This document shows positions 1 to 10,300 of a stretch of 64,000 nucleotides of DNA, piece by piece. Position numbers and translations under genes: made by a program. Numbering within the stretch: the first letter of the stretch is position 1; each line of letters starts with the position of its first letter. The notes below the pieces were generated by a model. That model saw only the letters and a program-made list of their open reading frames with translations, was not told where the DNA came from and did no database searches. Source of the stretch: Malacoraja senta (lineage: Eukaryota); the NCBI GenBank assembly GCA_038087875.1, contig CM075985.1, positions 9,796,001-9,860,000 of the forward strand, read 5' to 3'.

Positions 1-1011
1 GAGTTTTGAAAGATTATTACTAATGCATCCACTATTTCTGGAGCTACTTCCTTAAGTACTCTGGGATGCAGCCTATCTGGCCCTGGGGATTTATCGGCCT
101 TTAATCCATTCAATTTACCCAAAACCACTTCCCGACTAACCTGGATTTCACTCAATTCCTCCAACTCCTTTGACCCGCGGTCCCCTGCTATTTCCGGCAG
201 ATTATTTATGTCTTCCTTAGTGAAGACGGAACCAAAGTAGTTATTCAATTGGTCCGCCATATCCTTGTTCCCCATGATCAACTCACCTGTTTCTGACTGC
301 AAGGGACCTACATTTGTTTTAACTAATCTCTTTCTTTTTACATATCTATAAAAACTTTTGCCGTCAGTTTTTATGTTCCCTGCCAGTTTTCTTTCATAAT
401 CTATTTTTCCTTTCCTAATTAAGCCCTTTGTCCTCCTCTGCTGGTCTCTGAATTTCTCCCAGTCCTCCAGTATGCTGCTTTTTCTGGCTAATTTGTACGC
501 ATCATCCTTCGCTTTGATACCATCCCTGATTTCCCTTGTTATCCACGGATGCACTACCTTCCCTGATTTATTCTTTTGCCAAACTGGGATGAACAATTTT
601 TGTAGTTCATCCATGCAGTCTTTAAATGTCTTCCATTGCATGTCCACCGTCAACCCTTTTAGAATTAATTGCCAGTCAATCTTGGCCAATTCACGTCTCA
701 TACCCTCAAAGTTACCTTTCTTTAAGTTCAGAACCATTGTTTCTGAATTAACAATGTCACTCTCCATCCTAATGAAGAACTCAACCATATTATGGTCACT
801 CTTGCCCAAGGGGGCACGTACAACAAGACTGCTAACTAACCCTTCCTCATTACTCAATACCCAGTCTAGAATAGCCTGCTCTCTCGTTGGTTCCTCTACA
901 TGTTGGTTTAGAAAACTATCCCGCATACATTCCAAGAAATCCTCTTCCTCAGCACCCCTGCCAATTTGATTCACCCAATCTATATGTAGATTGAAGTCAC
1001 CCATTATAACT
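1..1011 (-). mobile_element. CR1 LINE ORF2 fragment (endonuclease C-terminal part and linker), 5'-truncated, runs out of the window
   Basis: Minus frame reads VIMGDFN...EPTREQAILDWVL...LGKSDHNMVEF...KSPGPDRLHPRVLKE with no stop to base 1. Confidence 0.95.
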
Positions 1012-1291
1012 GAAACAATCAAAATCCACAATCTTAACATCATAGCATGTATCAACATGAGTAAACTGTACAGCACTTCTAATGTACCATTGAAGGAACA
1101 AGTGATTTTCTAAACAAATTGGTTTCATAATGCATACTTATGTATTCTGTTACTTTTGAAGAAACTTAACAAATCACATTGTTACCATTGCCCTTCTCTG
1201 ACTCAAGAAAAATTGTTAATTGTAAGTTGCTTCTGAATATTGTACAGAGAACGCAGTTGTTGTGCCTGCTACAAATTTTCTCTCTTCTCAG

Positions 1292-1395
1292 AATGTTGAG
1301 CTTCAAAAAGTTATCAGGCCATCAAAGATCAAAGCTACAGGCATCAACCAAACATTCACACACTATGTATGACGATTTTAAAGAGACTTTGAAAG
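1292..1395 (+). CDS. Plus-gene exon (MLSFKKLSGHQRSK...FKETLK)
   Basis: ttctctcttctcag acceptor, AAG|gtaatg donor, ends in phase 1. Confidence 0.6.
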
Positions 1396-4300
1396 GTAAT
1401 GGAGATATTGTATATTTTTATAATTTACAATTCATGGACTAAATAGAAAACTTTGAATATATTCAGTATATGGATAAGTGTCACAAAAATAAAACTAATG
1501 GATGATTCAAGTTTGAATCAGTCCTTTCAGGTAGATAGTAATGTAGAATTTATATTTTAGAATTTACTATTTTTACTTATTAACCTAACTGCAGAAAACA
1601 TGAGGGTTTTGTTTATACTCTGTTGATCACCTTTTTAATGTTTTCCAGTGTTCTTCTGCATTGTTGTTTTAGCCAGTACTGTTGCCCATTTTAATCTTCT
1701 CTTCTGTGGCCATTTCCCAAACCTAGTTATCTGTGCTATCACACTTGATGTCCTTCTCAGTTATCACATTAAAGTGTGTTATAGGCATGATTGGCTATAT
1801 GTTTCTTTATAATAACATATCTGCTGTGGTTCATTCTCTATTACTAGATTCAACAATAATCCTCTTTTGTTGAGGTTTTGACATATTAGAAAGACCCATA
1901 TACATTACAAAAATACCATTCCCTTGCTCCCTCCGTCTACATCATGTCCTTTTAATATCAAAGTAGGCACACTTTTTATTAAACATTTCTCTTATTTCTT
2001 CATCCATGTTGCTTCCATATTAGATAGTGTATCCATATGAATTCTACCTTTCTCTCAATTATTGATTTATTTCTTCTATTCTACTTTTATTCTGTCATCC
2101 CTAATAATTACTGTTAGTCCATTTTCCTCGTTCCTCTTTTTATCCTCTGTTTTCTTTTTTAATTTATTTTATACAATCTGATGTTTAATTTCTGGTCCTG
2201 TTTCTTCTGTAGCCATGTGTCAGTAAGCTTTAGCATGCTTGCTTTCTCCCGATACATGATTGCCTCCTGCTCCCTTGTTATATTTTGGGCAACATTGTAA
2301 TGGACATCATATATGTTTCTTGAGATTTTTAATATTTCTTTATTGTTTAGTCTTCCCATCTAAGCCTTTTAACATTTGCCACCACATACCTAGCGTTGTT
2401 GGAATGCTCGAAACCTTCCATATTAGTTTTAATATTTTAAGTCAGCCATCCTTGTTTATATCCTAAAGCTATAATTGCCTGTTGATAATTAAATGTAAGC
2501 ATAAGTACACGTTTTTATAAATCAAGCAGTAACTAGTTTCTGCATTAGTTCCACATATTTAAAGTATCAGCCATGCTAAGTGGAACCATTTCTCCAGAAT
2601 CAGAAAAACATTGGGTTAGGCTTCTCCCTGGAGACTTGTTTATCATCTAAACTGGCATATCTGTGAAGTGTTCAGTGCTACACTGTCAGACGTATCTTGT
2701 GAAAGAAGCAGTAAACAGACTTCTGAATTGCATTAAGAGAAGTTGGAAGAGAAGTTAACTTCAGGCATATTCTCAACCAGGTGGACATATAAAATTCCAA
2801 GTTTTTTTTTTGTAGAATTCATCAATATTTTAGGTGTCAGCAATGATATTTAACAGTATTTTATGTGTCACCGATGTCTTTTGGAAGCATTGCTGTGTGC
2901 ACAGTGGCTGCTGCATGTAACCAATTAGTGCATTGGTGATTAAATCAAGTAATAAATTATTACTGTGAAATGTCACTGAGTATGTGAACAGTGCAATATA
3001 AATTTGTTTTTTCATGATAAAAAGTTGATCTCTTGTGAAGATTTTGTAACCTGATATTTGTTCTTATTCATCTAGATACAGATTTTGTAGGCAGACATTT
3101 CCAATCTCCTGGGAAATCGCATATAAAAAAATATGATCAAAATTTGGACATTCCCCATAAATCTTCAGGTTCCAAAAACAGACCCGCAGAACTAGATCCA
3201 ATGATTCAGTCAAGTAAGTGCATTGTAGGAATACATTTTTGTTAAGTTGAAACATGAGATTATTAAGCAATAAAAATGCACATCCCAACCAAATTTGGAA
3301 CATTTTTTATTAATCTCAAGTCCATCATCTTGTAATATTCTCCCATTCCATTCTCTCTGGAGATCCATATAGTTCCCTCTGTATTACTATTATTTTCTTC
3401 CATACTTTCCTTGATACAGTTTTTAAATTAAGTTTAATGATTTGTGGAATGGCATTTATATAATTTTTCTAATCTCTTAACATGTGTCCCTGGTATTTGA
3501 ACCAAAGAGTTTATACAACTTCAGAATGAGATAAGATCGTAAGCGGTGAATAATATAATTGTGTGAGGGGCAGCCTGGGTGACAGGACGGGTAGAAGATT
3601 GAGGCTACAGGTTTGTTGATTTGTTACTTCCTCACAGCTTCAGTCAACGAGATTTGGTCATGAGTTCTGGTGCTGCCTGCGTGGAATTTGGGTGTTTTCC
3701 TGCGATCCTGTGGTTTTCCATGAGTGCGCCAGCTTCCCTCTCAAAGATGTGCTGGTTGGGAGATTAATTGGCTACTGTAAATTATCCTTATGGTCGGTGG
3801 GTAGTAGGTGAATTGGAGGAATCAACGGACTAGTTCATGAGAATAGGTTAGAAGGAAATAACTGGCAGAATATGATTAATGGGTAGACAAAAGTACTGGA
3901 GAAACTCAGCGGGTGAGGCAGCATCTATGAAGCGAAGGAAATAGGCAACGTTTCGGGCCGAAACCCTTCTTCAGACCCTCCTCCCTCCGAAGAAAAAAAA
4001 ATTACTTCCTGAACAATATGATTAATGGGATTGCTCTGAAAGTCAGCAGTGACTCGATGGACTTGTATGTCATGAGAAAATATGAATATGAAATCTGTGG
4101 CAAATGAACATAATTTTAGACTACATGCGGGTTAGCAACATTTGCAGACTATTTTGATTGATCATCTAAAATAATAAAAGCAGTGGTGGCTTTCTTTTGC
4201 CAGGCTATCCTGGATGGAGTGATTCATCAAGCGAGACACAACCAATCTTCTCTCTTTATGAACGAGACAACCAGAACAAGAAAGACCAAGCCATAATAGA

Positions 4301-7300
4301 GGAACAGAAAAAGAATAAAGGAAACATTAAAGGTGAGAAAAATAGCAGTTGTGTAATAATTCTCAGTTGAGTCTTCAGTAGTGATTCACCATTTTAAATC
4401 TTAAAATTAGTTTTGGCTAAGATTTTCATTTTGATATTTTCTCATTTAGTACCTGCATCATTGTAAAGCTGGACTAGAATTTGCTCCAAAATGGCCCCTG
4501 GAGTTCAAGCCGGGAACAACTTTCATGAGAGCTTAAAGTTTAGCTTATCTGCTTCGAGCGAGTTCAATATTGCTCTTGTCACTTAAATCAGAATACAAAA
4601 CCAGAGCAAAAATCAAATTGCCTCAGGAACTCAGTGGGATAGGAAGCATCTGTGAAAGGAAATGGACAGCTGATGTTTTGTGTCAAGACCCTTAATGAAT
4701 GAATGAATGAATGAATGAATACTTTATTGTCATTATAACATGTAAACATGTACAACGAAATTAGAAATGCCAACCAGTCAGTGCACCATTCACACATTTT
4801 CTAAAAGCAAAAGTCTAAAATAAACAACTAAAATAAATAACATGAAAAAAAACATTCTTCTGTCGATTTCACAGTCCCTTGCACTCATTTGGTGGCTACA
4901 TTAAGTGTAGTTATTGCTGTGGGATAAAAACTGTTTTTGAGTCTGTTTGTCCTTGTCCTCATTGATCTGTACCGTCTGCCTGACGGCAGCAGTTCAAACA
5001 GGGAGTGACCGGGGTGGAAAATGTCCTTTATGATGTTCTGGGATTTTTTGAGACAGTGGGAACTGTGTAGGTCCTCCAAGGTGAGGAGAGGTCAGCCGAT
5101 AATCTTCTGGGCGTTGTCAATAGCCCTCTGGAGCGCTTTCCTCTTAGCCGCTGTGCAGCTGGTGTACCACACGCATACACAGTATGTTAAGATGCTCTCT
5201 ATTGAGCACCGATAAAAGGATAGCAGCAGTCTCTGGGTGATGTTGTTCTTCCTGAGCACCCTCAGGAAGTACAGTCTCTGCTGGACCTTTAGTATATTAT
5301 ACAATAAATTGTTAAGGAGAAGAAACTCCTTCCAATCCCTCTGTCCTCCTCACCCCCCCCCCCCCCCCACCCCCACCCCCACCTATGGAAATCTGAAACA
5401 ACTTTTCCTAATGTCAAATCAGCATATGTCATTTGTGTTTATCTAAATCAATTTATTAAAATTGAACAACTTTCTACGCAGTGTGGTATTAGACAGCAAT
5501 CACCCTTCCTGCAGCTACAGTATTTTACTGCCATTATTAATGTTGCTCTGCTTTCTGTTGACAAAGTAGTTGTTAAGGGACGAGTCTATATTATCTAATT
5601 AGCTGTTATGAAAAACAAGAGTGAATTGATGTGATTAAAATGGTAACCGGTAGAAATGTTGAGCAAAAATAAACTGCGGACAGAACTCAGTGGGTCAAGT
5701 AGCATCTGTGAAGGTAAAGGGATAATCACTGTTTTGGGTTGCAACCCTGCAGTCCCATGTGTCACTTATAGAAATGTTGTACTCATTCAGTATTTTCAGG
5801 AGATTGTTTTTGGGAGGCAGATTTAATAAAACAAATTAGTTCTAAAAAATAATGAAATCTTGATATAAATACCATAGCATAATAATGGAGCAAAATATAA
5901 CTGAATATTGAACTCCATCTGCATGTGAACCCAGTTGAGACATTCAGCAACTTCTTGATATTCTTAATCTGGTACTTGCATTTTCTTTCCAAAACGCTGA
6001 TGGTATTTTTATCGCTAATTCTTGTAATGCATATAAATAAAAATAAAGGTAAATTTATTTGAAAAACATTATTTTGCATACTCATTTGACTAAACAAATA
6101 AATTGGAAAGCCATCTTGAATTCTCTTTAATTTTTTTGTGTTTACTACATCAGGGAAAGGTACTCAAAATAGCATTAAGAGAAGGGTGAATTTTGGAAAA
6201 TGATACCTGGTCTATGTTGTCTCAATCACTGAAAGATGTTTCTGTCTCTTTGAAATAAATTGGGTATTTCTCAACCCAAAAATATTTGGACTGAATATAG
6301 GGAAGTTTTATGATCTCTGATCCTTAGCTTAGATTCTCGTGTCAAAAAATATATTCTATTTAGAAACCTTAAAGAAGAACATGAACCACCTCAGGAACCA
6401 GCACAAATCAAGCCAAACATCCATCAACAAGCCCTCCATGGAGGACTCTCGGACCAACCACCAGCTTGTTCGAGTTTTATCCAAAGAGAAAACTGAGACT
6501 GAGAAGACTTGTGCTGAGGCTGGAGTGTCTTCAACAGAGGTAATGCACCTCCAATTATGAAAGCGAATGGATGTTGGTATTACCAAAATAAACACTTTTC
6601 TCTTTTCATATAATTAAAATCCCATATTCCCAATCTGGTGGTGACCTGATTGAATTCAAAGTAAATCGTCTTCCATTCTACTACAATCTTTTACCTCAAC
6701 TCCTCCTTGCACTACACCAAATGGCAATGTTCACCATTTCCTTTTTCAATCATCCTGTAATTGGGGCCAATTCTTTACACAAGACACCCTAATTAGTAAA
6801 CTGATTTTACAACAATCTGAAACATGTCTTTATAATTTCCTACCGCAATAGCTGTACAGCCTTTCTGAGTCTGATAATTTCATTCATGTGTTCATCGTTT
6901 TTATTATATGAAATACTTCGGTTATGCTTCATATAAAACTATGATTTCTTGATCCAAAAGAGAGCAGGAAATTTCTGGCCCATTTCTATTTCTCAATTAA
7001 TATTAGCATGAAAGATTTTCTGATTATTATTTCACTTCTGCCTGCAAGACATTGCTACATACAAAGTAGACAAAAGTGCTGGAGAAACTCAGCGGGTGCG
7101 GCAGCATCTATGGAGCAAAGGAAATAGGCAACGTTTCGGGCCGAAACCCTTCTTCAGACTGATGTAGGGTGTGGGGGGAAGGGGGGGGGGTGGGAAGAAG
7201 AAAGGAAGAGGAGGAGCCAGAGGGCTGAGGGAGAGCTGAGAAGGGGAGGAGACAATAAGGGCTACCGGAAATTGGGGAAGTCAATGTTCATGCCGCTGGG

Positions 7301-10300
7301 GTATAAACTGCCCAAGCGCAAATATGATGTGCTGCTCCTCCAATTTCCGGTGGTGCTCACTCTGGCCATGGAGGAGGCCCAGGACAGAAAGTCGGATTCG
7401 GAATGGGAGAGGGAGTTGAAGTGCTGAGCCACCGGGAGATCAGGTTGGTCATTGCGGACCGAGTGGAGGTATTCGGCGAAACGATCGCCAAGCCTACGCT
7501 TGGTCTCACCGATGTAGATCAGCTGACATCTAGAGCAGCGGATGCAATAGATGAGGTTGGAGGAGGTACAGGTGAACCTCTGTCGCACCTGGAACGACTG
7601 CTTGGGTCCTTGAATGGAGTCGAGGGGGGAGGTAAAGCGACAAGTGTAGCATTTCTTGCGGCTGCAAGGGAAAGTGCCCGGGGAGGGGGTGGTACGGGTG
7701 GGAAGGGATGGGGAGAGAGAGCAGTGTTACGTGGTGTTGAAGAAACCCTGGTGAGAGCCTCATCTATAGTGGGGGAGGGGAACCCCCGTTCCCTGAAGAA
7801 TGAGGACATTTCAGATGCCCTGGTGTGGAACACCTCATCCAGGGAGCAGATGCGGTGTAGACGGAGGAGTTGGGAGTAGGGGATGGAGTCCTTACAGGAA
7901 GCAGGGTGGGAAGAAGTGTAGTCTAGATAGCCATGGGAGTCAGTGGATTATAGTGGATGTCGGTCAGAAGTCTATCACCTGCGATGGCCAAGAAATGGTA
8001 GGGAAGTGTCGGAAATGGTCCAGGTGTATTTGAGTGCCGGATGGAAGTTGGTGGTGAAATGGATGGTCAGTGAGTTGTGTGTGGGTGCAGGAGGTAGCAC
8101 CAATGCAGTCATCGATGTAGCGGAGGTAGAGGTCGGGGGTGGGGCCCTGGTACGTCTCGAACAAGGATTGTTCGACGTACCCTACAAAGAGGCAGGCATA
8201 GCTAGGGCCCATGCGCGTACCCATAGCTACGCCTTGTATTTGGAGGAAATGGAAACAAAAAGTTATTAAGGGTAAGGTCCAGCTCCGCTAGGCGGAGGAG
8301 AGTATCTGTAGACGGGGATTGGTTGGTTCTCCAGTCGAGGAAGAAACGGAGGGATTTGAGACCCTCCTGGTGGGGGATGGAGGTGTAGAGTGACTGGACG
8401 TCCATGGTGAAGATGAGGGGATGGGGGCCTAGAGAACGGAATTTCCAGAGACGATGGAGAGTGTCTGAGGTGTCTTGAACATAGGTAGGGAGGGATTTAA
8501 CCAGGGGGGATAGGATGGAGTCGAGATATGTGGAAATAAGTTCGGTAGGGTATCAACAGGCAGAGACAATGGGTCTCCCAGGACAGTCAGGTTTGTGGAT
8601 TTTGGGGAGAAGGTAAAATCGGGCCGTGCGGGGCTGGGGACCGATGAGGTTGGAGGCTTGGGGGGGGCAGGGAGCCGGAGTTGATGAAGTCAGTGATGGT
8701 GCTCGAGATAGTGGCCTGGTGTTTGTCTGTGGGGTCATGGTCCAGGGATAAGTAGGAGGAGATGTCTGAGAGTTGGCGCGTGGCCTCAGCCTTGTAGAGA
8801 TCAACGCGCCAGACTACCACGGCACCTCCCTTGTCGGCGGGTTTGATAACCCAGTCTGGGTTGTTGCGGAGTGAGTGGATGGCTCTACGTTCAGGGGGCG
8901 AGAAGTTAGAGTGAGACGGGGGAGTGGAGAAGTTGAGGCGGTTGATGTCCCGCCGGCAGTTTAAAATAAAAAGGTCTAAAGCCGGAAGATGGCCATGAGG
9001 GGGGGGTCTAAGCGGAGGGCGTCCGTTGTAGACGGGAAAAGGGATCATTAATAGGGGGCGAGTACGCCTTCCCATGGAAGAAAGCTGTGAGGCGGAGGCG
9101 ACGGAAGAAGAGCTCCAAATCGTGGTGGGTGTGGAACTGATTGAGGTGGGGATGGAGGGGGACAAAGGTGAGGCCTCTGCTGAGGACAGACCGTTCAGTA
9201 TCTGAGAGGAGGAGGTCAAGGGGGATGGTAAACACACGGCAGGGATGGGGGTTGGGGCCGGAGGAAGACAGGTGAGTGGACTGAGGCCGAGGCGATGTGT
9301 TGTGGGGGGGGGATCTCCCGGTGGCTCAGCACTTCAACTCCCCCTCCCATTCTGAATTCGACCTTTCTGTCCTGGGCCTCCTCCATGGCCAGTGAGGACT
9401 ACCGGAAATTGGAGGAGCAGCACCTCATATTTTGCTCGGGCAGTTTATACCCCAGAGCTCCTCCTCTTCCTTTCTTCTTCCCGCCCCCCCCCCCCCCCCT
9501 ACATCAGTCTGAAGAAGGTTTTCGGCCCGAAACATTGCCTATTTCCTTCGCTCCATAGATGCTGCCGCACCCGCTGAGTTTCTCCAGCACTTTTGTCTAC
9601 TTCGATTTTCCAGCATCTGCAGTTCCTTCTTAAACATTTTGGCTACATACAAAGTGTTTGCCATGTTACTTGTATTACAACAAAACCACATGTTCGAATG
9701 GCCTGAAAGTGCAATAGAAGTTTCTAAATAATTTCTGAAAAAGTGCAAGGATTCTTTCAACATATTTTACCATCTGACAAACATCTTGTAACAATTTTCC
9801 CTGCAAAAAAATACTCTTTAAGCTGCTATTTCATTTCATTATTTTATTCTTTTATTGATTGATTGAAATATAGAGAAGGAAAAAGGGCCCTTCAACCCAC
9901 CGTCAATGCCACTCATCGATCACCCATTCACACTAGTTCTATGCTATCTCACTTTTGAATCCATCCCCTAAACACTAGGGGCAAATTACAGTAGGCAGTT
10001 AACCTAAAAACCTCCAGGTCTTTGGAATATGGGAGGAAACCAGAGGACCCAAAGGAAACGCACGCGATCACAACGATAATTTGTAAACTCCACACAGACA
10101 GCACCCAAGGTCAGGATCGAACCCACGTCTGTGAGGCAGCAGCTCCATCAGCTGTGCCACTGTGCAGCCTGGAATACGGTTCCATGGGTGTGGTATTATA
10201 AAAAACAAATATTGACTTTTAGCTGTGTCTACCAAGTTTTAACAACTTTTGGAGGAGGTTGTGCTATCATAAACAACAAGGATAAAGAAATGTGTGATAA

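Noticed and set aside
472-969. 165-aa plus-strand ORF
   Set aside because: Antisense shadow of CR1 ORF2. The same applies to 23485..24090, 7403..7879, 12471..12854 and the ORFs overlapping 16027..17490.
7068-9300. Active autonomous Penelope element
   Set aside because: RT and GIY-YIG are split over several frames, with stops and internal deletions.
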